DNA of 26,936 nt from Acidobacteriota bacterium (GTDB lineage Bacteria; Acidobacteriota; UBA6911; JACQSX01), in the NCBI GenBank assembly GCA_036507075.1, contig DASXQR010000171.1, forward strand, positions 1 through 26,936, written 5' to 3'. Below are positions 8,733-17,412 of this stretch, piece after piece; the stretch's first letter is position 1; each line of letters starts with the position of its first letter. The position numbers and the translations under genes were made by a program. The notes under the pieces are model-generated. The model searched no databases and was not told the DNA's origin. It was given only the letters and a program-made list of their open reading frames with translations.

Positions 8733-9545
8733 CTACACAATGATGGGATAATCCAAATCCGAAAAAGCTTCACCCTCCCTCTCCTTGTCGTCACGGCCGG
8801 GTTTCCTGAACCGGTACACGGTCTGCGCGGGCATGTAGCGTGTAATATAAGCGCGCCTGGCTTGAGTGGTTTGATTTGCTCCCGCATAATGCAGCGTGAG
8901 CGAGTGATGGAAAGTTACGTCTCCAGGCTGCATCTCCACAGCCACGGCGGCTGACGTATCGACGCCTGCCTTCACAACGCCGGCACCGCCCTCATAATCG
9001 TAGGGCACAAGCTCGCCCCTCGTGTGGCTGCCCGGCAGGTAGTGCATACAGCCGTTGGCGAGAAACGTGGCATCCAAGGCGATCCAGGCCGTTACATCAG
9101 GCAGCGAAGTAGGGTGGTCCGGGTAGTCCTGGTGCCAGTAAGTCGGCGGTGATCCTCCGCCCGGCTTGGATAAGACCATGTCTGAAAGCAGGCGCACCGA
9201 CGATACTTCGAGAAGCTCCGCGGCGATCTGCGCGCGCCGTTTATCCAGCGTTATTTTCCGAATCGCTTCATTGACCCGCCAGAGGCCCAGCATCTGCAAA
9301 AATTTTTCCTGGCCAAACGTGGGTTCAGGTTCGTCCGCGAGTTGGCCCAGGTAGGGCCTGGGATCGGCGGCTGCGCGTGCCAGATCGGCCCGGTAGAAGT
9401 TGGGCTTCTTCAGCTCGATCAACAACTGGACCTCATTCCGCAAGGATTCCACTTCCTGGGGCGTCAAAATCGGTCCGTAAGCAAGGTATCCGTTGGCTCT
9501 GAAAAATTCCTTCTGTTCGCGGGTGACGGGGGGTTGATTTCGCAT
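8733..9545 (-). CDS. Phytanoyl-CoA dioxygenase (PhyH) family Fe(II)/2-oxoglutarate dioxygenase
   Basis: FFRANGY, WHQD (HxD), WIALD, NGCMHYLPGSH, GDVTFHHSLTLH and a distal Arg. Confidence 0.93.
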   Translation of the reverse strand: MRNQPPVTREQKEFFRANGYLAYGPILTPQEVESLRNEVQLLIELKKPNFYRADLARAAADPRPYLGQLADEPEPTFGQEKFLQMLGLWRVNEAIRKITLDKRRAQIAAELLEVSSVRLLSDMVLSKPGGGSPPTYWHQDYPDHPTSLPDVTAWIALDATFLANGCMHYLPGSHTRGELVPYDYEGGAGVVKAGVDTSAAVAVEMQPGDVTFHHSLTLHYAGANQTTQARRAYITRYMPAQTVYRFRKPGRDDKEREGEAFSDLDYPIIV

Positions 9546-9685
9546 TTAAAAAAACCTCCGGATAGGCTCCGAGACGCTCGGGGAAGAACGGTCTCCCTTT
9601 CCCTGCCGCCGCCATCCTGGGCGCGGGGATTTTCCAATCGACCTTCGCTGGCTTTTGCGGCGTCGCTTTCTGTCTGGCGCTGGAT

Positions 9686-9716
9686 AGTTTACAAGGTTTA
9701 GCGATTTATTTGTCAA
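9686..9716 (-). promoter_or_regulatory. Candidate sigma70 promoter for the phyH-SDR-glycosidase genes
   Basis: Minus-strand TTGACA (9716-9711), 19-nt spacer, TAAACT (9691-9686), with an AT-rich upstream tract. The spacer is longer than optimal. Confidence 0.4.
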
Positions 9717-9742
9717 GTAAAAAAAGTGGCATCGGCCGGCCG

Positions 9743-11107
9743 TTACGGGGTCAGGCCGAAATGTTGCATCGCGGCGGGGATGGCTTGGTTCAACAAAGCC
9801 AGGGCCTGATCAATTTCCTCTTTCTTGATAACCAGGGCCGGGGCGAGCACGAGGAGATCGCCGTTATTCCGAAGAATCATCCCGTGATCGTAACACCATT
9901 GACGAATCCAGCCGCCCAGAGCGCCGGCGGGTTGAATTTTGGTCGCCGGGCAGCAATCGGAGCGCAGCTCGACCGCCCAGAGGAGGCCAATGCCGCGCAC
10001 GGCTGAAACGATCGGGTAGCGATGAAGCTTATCGAGCGCGCCCTGCAGGTATTGCCCCAGGGAAGCCGCTCGATCCACCAGGTTTTCCTTCTCAATCATT
10101 CTTATGTTCGCCAGTGTCGCCGCGCACGCAAGGGGATGCCCGCCATAGGTGCTGCCGGAGCGCAATTCGTGCCCCGGACCTTTTCGGAACTCATGCGCGA
10201 CCTGCAACGTGGTCACCGTGGCGCCGAGCGGGAGATAGCCGCCGGTAAATCCTTTCCCGATTGTCATTATGTCCGGCACCACATCCCAGTGTTGGCAGGC
10301 GAACCATTTTCCAGTCTTGCCGAAGCCGGTTTGAACTTCATCGAAAATGAGAAGAATTCCATAGCGGCTGCAGAGCTCTCGAACTCCCTTCAGGTAACCG
10401 TCCGGCGGCTGCGGATAACCCGAATTTGACCCGGGGATAGGGTCCATAATGATCGCGGCGATCGATTCGGCGCCTTCCCAGTTGATGATCTTTTCAATCT
10501 CTTCCAGCGGAGCCTCAGCGCTGGTTCCTCCGTCCCGGCGGGCGGCCGGGGCAAAGAGAACTCCGGGCAGCAACGGCTCGAAACAGGTTCTAAACCAGGG
10601 CAATCCAGTCGCGGAAATCGTGCCCAGGGTCGTCCCGTGATAGGAACCCTGCCTTGCGATTATCTTGTACCGATGCCTCTCGCCGCGCTCCCAATGGTAC
10701 TGCCGCGCCATTTTTATGGCGGTCTCGTTGGCTTCGGAGCCGCTGTTTACAAAGAAGCTGACGCATAGGTCTCCGGGCATGATTTCGGCCAGTTTGGTGC
10801 TGAGCTCAATCAGGGGAACGGTGAAGGTGTCTTCATAGTTCGGGAAAAATTCCAGCTCATTTGCCTGTTGCAGAATCGCATCCGCAATCTCACTTCTCTG
10901 GTGGCCGCAAACGGTGGTGAGAAGCGAGGCGAAAGTGTCCAGGTAGCGCTTCCCGTCGATATCGTAGAGATAGCAACCCTCACCGCGCGTGAAGATCTTC
11001 GCGCCTTGGGCCAGAGAGGCGTTGCTGGAAAAGTGGGGAATGATGTAGGTAAGTGCGGCCTTCTTTAGCTGCGCCTTTTCTTCATCCAGCCAGACCTTAG
11101 TCCCCAT
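9743..11107 (-). CDS. Class III (omega-type) PLP-dependent aminotransferase
   Basis: NSGSEANETAIK, SYHGTT, DEVQTGFGKTG, PLP lysine in DIMTIGKG and STYGGHP. Start moved to ATG 11107 behind AAGGAG. Confidence 0.95.
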   Translation of the reverse strand: MGTKVWLDEEKAQLKKAALTYIIPHFSSNASLAQGAKIFTRGEGCYLYDIDGKRYLDTFASLLTTVCGHQRSEIADAILQQANELEFFPNYEDTFTVPLIELSTKLAEIMPGDLCVSFFVNSGSEANETAIKMARQYHWERGERHRYKIIARQGSYHGTTLGTISATGLPWFRTCFEPLLPGVLFAPAARRDGGTSAEAPLEEIEKIINWEGAESIAAIIMDPIPGSNSGYPQPPDGYLKGVRELCSRYGILLIFDEVQTGFGKTGKWFACQHWDVVPDIMTIGKGFTGGYLPLGATVTTLQVAHEFRKGPGHELRSGSTYGGHPLACAATLANIRMIEKENLVDRAASLGQYLQGALDKLHRYPIVSAVRGIGLLWAVELRSDCCPATKIQPAGALGGWIRQWCYDHGMILRNNGDLLVLAPALVIKKEEIDQALALLNQAIPAAMQHFGLTP

Positions 11108-11265
11108 TTTACCTGTTCTCCTTGCAGCCTCGAGGCGGTTCCGGCCGGGCATCGGCGACTGCGTCCGCAGCGGTTCAGCCGCCAGCGCCCGCTGGGCGAC
11201 CCTGACTTCCGGCTGACCGCATATCAAGTTGTAACAGCGGGTTGATTTGCAATTTGCCGAGCCTG

Positions 11266-12510
11266 CTATCTCACGGACCGGGCGGCGGGCCGGGCCTCCT
11301 CCACCACCAAGGGAGGGTGCATGTCGACCATCGGGCTGCAGATCTTTTTCAGCAGTGTGGAATCTGCCAGCGAATTACGAAACGCAAGGGAAGAAGCACC
11401 CTTCAAGCCGATGTCAAGTCCCAGGCGGCTTACCGTTACCGTTAGACCCTCCAGCAGGTCGGGAAGAGTGTGGTGCGACATCTCCTCCTTGATGCGGCCC
11501 AAAATGAGATCTTCCGCGTTGATAACGTCGCCGCCCAGGATGATCAACTCTGGATTGAGAAGATTGGTCAGATGGGACAAAGCCAACCCCAGACTCCTGG
11601 CCGCCCTATCCAGCACCTCCAACGCGGCTGGGTCCTTTTGTCGGGCTTTCTCAAAGACCTCGGTGATACGGGCGCCGGTCGGCGTCCTTCCTGCCCGTCC
11701 TGTCTTTTCGAAGTACTGACGCACGATGTTGGGACTTGACGCGATGGCTTCCAGGCAGCCCTTTCGGCCGCAATTGCAGCGGTCGCGGGCGTTCGGGTCG
11801 ATGGTTATGTGCCCCAGTTCGCCGGCCATTCCGTCGCGGCCGCAAAGCAGCTTGCCATCGATGAAACCACCTATGCCGATGCCGTTTCCGATCATCACGT
11901 AGATGGAGTTGTTGCGGTTCTGCGCGATCCCCAGGCAGTATTCCGCCATGATGCAGGTGCGGTGGGCATCTTCGAGAAAGATAGGGGCATCGATGGACTT
12001 ATGAAGCTGGGCGAGCAGAGGCAACCGATGCCAGCCAAGATTCACGGCAGTGATTCGTCCCGCCGTGTCGACGATCCCAGGGTGACTGACTCCTACGGCC
12101 AGGACCCGCGAACGCTGCCGGAAGTCCAGATTGTGCAGTATCCTCTCAATTCCTTCGATTATTTTTCGAACGCTGAGCTTTTTTCCGGCTTCGATGTCTT
12201 CTTCCCAGCGGTAACGAATATCGCCGATGAAATTCGTCAAGGCGAAGCGGGTGCGGGAACCTTCCAGGTCGACGGCCACAAAATATCCCGCGTCTTCGTT
12301 CAGCTTGAGCACCTCGCGCTTGCGTCCTCCTTTTGACTCCAACTCCCCGATTTTCAGGACAGTTCCGCACTGCAGTAAATGCTGCAGGGAAAGACTCACG
12401 CTGGCGGGATTTAGACCGGTAGCTCGAACGATTTCGGCGCGGGTAACTGTACGGCGCTGATAGAGCGCATCCAGTATGTCGCGCAGCCACTGGTCTGAAA
12501 CCTTAGGCAT
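11266..12510 (-). CDS. ROK family transcriptional repressor
   Basis: N-terminal winged HTH (TRAEIVRATGLNPASVS...GGRK), ROK domain GIGIG and the zinc motif GELGH...CNCGRKGCLE. AAGGAG RBS. Confidence 0.95.
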   Translation of the reverse strand: MPKVSDQWLRDILDALYQRRTVTRAEIVRATGLNPASVSLSLQHLLQCGTVLKIGELESKGGRKREVLKLNEDAGYFVAVDLEGSRTRFALTNFIGDIRYRWEEDIEAGKKLSVRKIIEGIERILHNLDFRQRSRVLAVGVSHPGIVDTAGRITAVNLGWHRLPLLAQLHKSIDAPIFLEDAHRTCIMAEYCLGIAQNRNNSIYVMIGNGIGIGGFIDGKLLCGRDGMAGELGHITIDPNARDRCNCGRKGCLEAIASSPNIVRQYFEKTGRAGRTPTGARITEVFEKARQKDPAALEVLDRAARSLGLALSHLTNLLNPELIILGGDVINAEDLILGRIKEEMSHHTLPDLLEGLTVTVSRLGLDIGLKGASSLAFRNSLADSTLLKKICSPMVDMHPPLVVEEARPAARSVR

Positions 12511-12620
12511 CGTGGTTGATCCTCTCCTTTAGTCTGCACTATTTTGACCGGACAGAGAACTGAAATTCTACAGGAAAAAACAGGCGGATTGAACGAAAGT
12601 TTAAAAGTTAAATTTTTTCG

Positions 12621-12649
12621 TTGACTCGGGATACTTGCAACACTAACAT
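12621..12649 (+). promoter_or_regulatory. Sigma70 promoter for the lipoyl/E1 operon
   Basis: TTGACT (12621-12626), 17-nt spacer, TAACAT (12644-12649), preceded by an AT-rich UP-like tract. Confidence 0.7.
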
Positions 12650-12788
12650 TTTAGCCGGCACTGCGTAGAACCGCAGGAAAATAGCCAGTTAATGGTTTAA
12701 CCCAGCCGCAAAAAAACTGCCCAAACTGTGCGCCGTTCCCAGGAACTCTCGGTCGCCGCATCGAGGGCGCTTAAACTTTAAATGTCGC

Positions 12789-13022
12789 GTGCCGCGCCAA
12801 ATGTTGTTACCAATATTGAACTCAGCAGGGGATGATGCCACAGTGGAGAGCTGGCTGGTGGCAGCAGGCGACGTGATCAGCGAAGACATGCCGGTCCTTG
12901 TCGTGGAAATGGAAAAGGCTGCGGTCGAGGTTGAATCCTCAGTGGCAGGAAGAGTCGTCCGCTTATTGGTGAATCCAGGTGACGTCGTGAAGCCCGGACA
13001 ACCTGTCCTGGAGGTGGAATGA
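12789..13022 (+). CDS. Stand-alone lipoyl carrier domain protein
   Basis: 77 aa with WLVAAGDVI, VVEMEKAAVEV (lipoyl-type Lys, not the biotinyl AMKM) and GDVVKPGQPV. The stop overlaps the next start (ATGA). Confidence 0.9.
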   Translation: MPRQMLLPILNSAGDDATVESWLVAAGDVISEDMPVLVVEMEKAAVEVESSVAGRVVRLLVNPGDVVKPGQPVLEVE

Positions 13023-14047
13023 AACAGCAAGTCAGGGATGACCGTGACTTCCAATCTAAAGATCTAGAAGACATCGACTCCGGGACCAATATCAGTTTGA
13101 TGCTGGAGCTCTATAGAAACATGGTTCGGATTCGTCATTTCGAGCTCAAAGTCATAGAAATCTTTGCGGCGCGAATGAAGGCGGGAGACTTTCCAGGAGC
13201 ACTCCACACCTATGACGGCCAGGAGGCGATTGCTGCGGGAGTGTGCAGTGTGTTGAGACCCGATGATTTTGTTTTCAGCACTCACCGCGGCCACGGGCAT
13301 GCGCTGGCCAAGGGTCTCGATCTGAAGCAAGTGATGGCGGAGCTCAACGGACGGGCCACGGGAGTGTCGCGGGGCTACGGGGGATCGATGCACCTTTACG
13401 ATCGGGAAAAAGGATTCATGGGCACCAATGGAATAGTTGGAGGCGGTTTGCCGCTCAGCCTGGGCACGGCATATGCATCGGTGATTCAGGGCAACGGACG
13501 CGTAACAGTCTGTTTTTTCGGCGAGGGTGGCTCTGCACAGGGATCTTTTCATGAATCTTTGAATATGGCATCGGTCATGAAATGGCCGGTTGTGTATGTC
13601 TGTGAAAATAACTTCTACGCAGCCACTACCCACGTGTCTGTCAATTGTCCGCTGGAAAACATCGCGGACCGCGCCGCGGCACACGGGATCCCAGGGGTGG
13701 TGGCAAATGGCAATGATGTGCTGGCGGTGCGCGAGACGGCGCAAGCCGCGGTGAGCAGGGCGCGGCGCGGCGAAGGTCCTACGCTCATTGAGTGCAAGAC
13801 CTACCGTCACAAGCCGCATTGTATGGTCATTCCCGAACACAGGCCCCGAAAAGAAATGAAGGAGTGGTTAAGCGAAGATCCGATTCTCATGCTGTCGGCA
13901 AAATTGACAGCACAAGGATACGCGACTGAAGAGGAACTCAAGGCGATTGAAAACCGGGAACTCGAATTGCTGGATGAAGCCGTCTCCTTCATGCAAAACA
14001 GCCCGTTCCCTGATCCAGCCACAGTCGGAAACACTTTATGGGCGTAG
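13019..14047 (+). CDS. TPP-dependent dehydrogenase E1 alpha subunit (AcoA/PdhA-like)
   Basis: GQEA, STHRGHGH, GGSMH, NGIVGGG, TPP motif variant FFGEG...ENN and TYRHKPH. Confidence 0.93.
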   Translation: MKQQVRDDRDFQSKDLEDIDSGTNISLMLELYRNMVRIRHFELKVIEIFAARMKAGDFPGALHTYDGQEAIAAGVCSVLRPDDFVFSTHRGHGHALAKGLDLKQVMAELNGRATGVSRGYGGSMHLYDREKGFMGTNGIVGGGLPLSLGTAYASVIQGNGRVTVCFFGEGGSAQGSFHESLNMASVMKWPVVYVCENNFYAATTHVSVNCPLENIADRAAAHGIPGVVANGNDVLAVRETAQAAVSRARRGEGPTLIECKTYRHKPHCMVIPEHRPRKEMKEWLSEDPILMLSAKLTAQGYATEEELKAIENRELELLDEAVSFMQNSPFPDPATVGNTLWA

Positions 14048-15045
14048 CTCAAAAAGATGTCGCTCTCTCCAAAAGGAGATTGAAGCTCATAAAAGCTTTG
14101 AACGAGGCTATCGATGAAGAGATGGCCAGGGATGACAAGGTTTGTCTGTTTGGAGAAGATATCGGCGCTTTTGGAGGAGTCTGGGCGCTGTCCTCCGGCC
14201 TTCAGAAGAAATATGGCAAACACAGGGTCTTCGATACACCCCTTTCAGAATCCGCCATTCTGGGAACCGCCGTAGGCGCCGCGATGGCCGGTTTGCGTCC
14301 GATTGCGGAGCTTCAATACATAGATTTTTTGACGCAGTGCATGGACCCCCTGTTCAACCAGGGCGCGAAGCTGCGCTTTATGTCCGGCGGGCAGTTTAAA
14401 GTTCCCATCACCGTGGTAGCACCGTGCGGCGCCGGCACCAGCGAGGCCGCGCATCATTCACAATCTCTGGAAGCGTGGCTCTTGAATGCGCCCGGGTTGA
14501 AAGTCGTGATGCCGTCAAGCATCTATGACCTCAAGGGGCTTCTCAAATCCGCCATACGCGACGACAATCCTGTTATTTTTCTCTGGCACAAGGCCATGTA
14601 CGACCTGGAAGAGGAAGTTTCCGAAGGGGAGTGGACGGTACCCTTGGGCGAGGCCCTTGTTCGACGCGCCGGTAATGACATAACTGTGGTCGCTTTCTCT
14701 CTGATGGCGGTGCGAGCCCTGCAGGCCGCAGAAGAGGTTTCTGCGCGCATATCGGTAGAGGTTGTCGACCCTCGCACGCTCAAGCCCTTGGATATTGAAG
14801 CGATCCGCACTTCCGTTCGCAAGACAGGGCGCCTGCTCGTCGTTCATGAGTCGCCGACTTGCTGTGGTGTCGGCGGCGACATAGTTAGACAGATTGTAGA
14901 GTCGGAGTTTAAGGGTTTGAAGAGCGCCCCAAAGGTTCTGGGCGGCGCTGACTTACCTATCCCTTTCGCAAAATCGCTGGAATCAGCATGCGTACCACAG
15001 CTCAAGGACATCGTTCGCCAAATCGAATCGGTTGTGCAAGGTTAA
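14038..15045 (+). CDS. TPP-dependent dehydrogenase E1 beta subunit (AcoB/PdhB-like)
   Basis: GEDIG, FDTPLSE, AAHHSQS, PGLKVVMPS, DPRTLKPLD and KTGRLLVVHE. Overlaps the E1 alpha stop. Confidence 0.93.
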   Translation: MGVAQKDVALSKRRLKLIKALNEAIDEEMARDDKVCLFGEDIGAFGGVWALSSGLQKKYGKHRVFDTPLSESAILGTAVGAAMAGLRPIAELQYIDFLTQCMDPLFNQGAKLRFMSGGQFKVPITVVAPCGAGTSEAAHHSQSLEAWLLNAPGLKVVMPSSIYDLKGLLKSAIRDDNPVIFLWHKAMYDLEEEVSEGEWTVPLGEALVRRAGNDITVVAFSLMAVRALQAAEEVSARISVEVVDPRTLKPLDIEAIRTSVRKTGRLLVVHESPTCCGVGGDIVRQIVESEFKGLKSAPKVLGGADLPIPFAKSLESACVPQLKDIVRQIESVVQG

Positions 15046-15235
15046 TCACAGCACAGCCGTATACCGGACATGAAACTCCCAGGGACTTGAAAATCTTCGG
15101 GCCTTGGCCCACCTTTACACTTCAGCCTGTATGGTGAGAGCTTTGCCAATCATGGAAGCCCACTTTCTTATAACTCAGCAGCCTCAGATGATGGACAAGT
15201 AGATTGGTCTATCCACTCGGAATGGAGCCCGGCGC

Positions 15236-16735
15236 GTGAATTTCGCAATCATTGATTGGGTAATTATTGTTGCCTACCTGGTGCTGTGTACCAGTCTTGG
15301 AATTATCGGCAAGCGGTACGTAGGGAATGTTGCACACTATCTGGTTGCGGGCCGACAACTCGGTTTGCACCTCGGTATTGCGACGCTGGCAGCCACTGAG
15401 ATTGGCACTGTCACGTTTATGTACTACGCCGAATTCGGGTATAAAGCGGGGTTCTCGGCATTCGCCGCGGCCGCCATATCGGGGTTGGTGATGATCGTGA
15501 TCGGACGCACGGGCCTCATCGTCAACCGGTTGCGCGCACTGGACCTGATGACCGTACCCGAGTACTTCGAGGTAAAGTACAGCAGGGGCCTGCGCGTCCT
15601 CACCGGAGTCCTGGTCGCGGTAGGAGGGATACTCAACATGGGTATCTTTCTGAGGGTGGAGGGACAATTTTTGACTATCATCAGCGGCATCAATGCTCGC
15701 CACCTGGTGGCCGTCATGACCGTCATCCTGCTGCTTGAGCTCGTCTATACCGTGCTTGGGGGGATGGTCTCGGTGGTGATCACGGATTTCATCCAATACG
15801 TCCTTTTGTCGGTCGCTACCATTCTGGTGAGCCTCTACGTGGTGTGGTTTGCCGGCTGGCACCACATGATTGACAAGGTCGCCGGAACCATGTCTGATGC
15901 GGGCTTCAATCCGCTGGTGAATCCTCGTCTCGGGCTTACATTCATTATCTGGCAAACACTGATCTGGCTCGCCGTTCCCTGCTGGCAAACGACAGCGATG
16001 CGGGTCTTCTCCACCAAGAGTCCCGAGTTATCGAACAAGGTAATGACCTGGACGGGTTTTATTTTTCTCGGGCGCGGTATGCTTCCGATCCTTTGGGGAA
16101 TAGCGGCGCTGACTCTTTTCGGCGGCGGAATGATCGGTAAAGACGGCGTGCCGTTGCCGATAGTGCATGGCCAGACACTGCAACCACTGGAAGCCATGCC
16201 GGCGATGCTAGCGCAAATTCTGGGCCCGGGTGTGAGGGGGGTGGTGGTAGCCGGAATGCTTGCCGCAACGATGTCCGTCAACAGCTCGTACTTGCTCAGT
16301 TGGAGCGCCGTCATCTCTCAGGATATTATTTTTCCCGTGCGGACTGCCTTGGGCAAAAAGCCGCTCAGCTCGCGAAAGCAGATACTGATTAATCGCCTGG
16401 CGAATCTTTTTGTCAGTCTCTTCGTAATGTTCTGGGGACTTTATTACCAATTACCAGGACCGGTTTACCTTTACCTGGAAATCACCGGCACAATCTTCCT
16501 TGCGGGAGCGTTCGCATGCGTCATCGGTGGCCTGTATTGGAAGCGTGCAAACATTGGGGGTGGATACGCGGCAATGTTGCTTGGAGCAGCCGGCGCGATC
16601 ATTCCTTATTTTTTCTTGCACTGGAACGAGAGCGTGACCGGGTTTTCTGCCTTCGGGCTGGCTGCAGCAGGAATGATGATCGGTTCGTTATTGTGGCGCC
16701 GCCATCCGACCGAAGTTCAACAGGCTGCAGCGTAG
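15236..16735 (+). CDS. Sodium:solute symporter (SSS) family transporter
   Basis: About 13 hydrophobic segments, with YLVAGR, YTVLGGMVSVVITDFIQ and AATMSVNSS. GGAG RBS then GTG. Confidence 0.93.
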   Translation: MNFAIIDWVIIVAYLVLCTSLGIIGKRYVGNVAHYLVAGRQLGLHLGIATLAATEIGTVTFMYYAEFGYKAGFSAFAAAAISGLVMIVIGRTGLIVNRLRALDLMTVPEYFEVKYSRGLRVLTGVLVAVGGILNMGIFLRVEGQFLTIISGINARHLVAVMTVILLLELVYTVLGGMVSVVITDFIQYVLLSVATILVSLYVVWFAGWHHMIDKVAGTMSDAGFNPLVNPRLGLTFIIWQTLIWLAVPCWQTTAMRVFSTKSPELSNKVMTWTGFIFLGRGMLPILWGIAALTLFGGGMIGKDGVPLPIVHGQTLQPLEAMPAMLAQILGPGVRGVVVAGMLAATMSVNSSYLLSWSAVISQDIIFPVRTALGKKPLSSRKQILINRLANLFVSLFVMFWGLYYQLPGPVYLYLEITGTIFLAGAFACVIGGLYWKRANIGGGYAAMLLGAAGAIIPYFFLHWNESVTGFSAFGLAAAGMMIGSLLWRRHPTEVQQAAA

Positions 16736-16869
16736 CGATTATGCAGGCTCAATTCTGAGTGCGTGGAAATGCGCAAGGGAAGCGGCCTTGTCATGTCTTT
16801 CCACTCCGGCACGGCGGTCTGAATTTTGACCAACTCTCGGGTGGATTGCATGATTGATACGGGTTCATT

Positions 16870-17049
16870 ATGTTTTATTGGCAGGTGTTTTGGACAATTT
16901 GGCTCCTGATTGCCGGCGTCTCATTCGCCTTCATAACAATCGTTGTTACGCTCAAGGGATTTGCCGGTCTTCGTGAAATGTTCACCGGTCTTGGCGAACA
17001 GCAGGCTGAGGAGAAAGAACGTGAACAACTCCATGGCCCCATCGAATGA
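16870..17049 (+). CDS. 59-aa single-pass membrane protein, candidate SSS small accessory subunit (absent from the ORF track)
   Basis: Hand translation MFYWQVFWTIWLLIAGVSFAFITIVVTLKGFAGLREMFTGLGEQQAEEKEREQLHGPIE*. It lies on the same strand just downstream of the SSS gene; the RBS is weak. Confidence 0.7.
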   Translation: MFYWQVFWTIWLLIAGVSFAFITIVVTLKGFAGLREMFTGLGEQQAEEKEREQLHGPIE

Positions 17050-17412
17050 TTGCCTGTATTCGGAACTGAGCGCACCATCGGGGAACCTGGACGGCCCAAG
17101 CGATTTGAAGTATTGGCGGAGAGAACACTTTTCTACCCGCGCGGCATTGTCGTCTTTCTCCAATTTCTGAGATATATTTTCCATCCTTAACGAAGTATGT
17201 AAGGAATCAGCCTGCCGCCTTGTGATGAGAAATTTGAAGCTTAATCGGTCCGCTGAAGTGCTCTCTCAGAGTTGGCCAAGTTCCTTCCGTACGAAATTTA
17301 TGGTCGACCTGATAGATGGACAGTTCTATCAGATGGCAACGGGAGGCGGCGACCGATCACGAATGGCTTATGATGATCGGCCGCTGACTAGAAGTCAGAT
17401 GCAGAGTATCTA

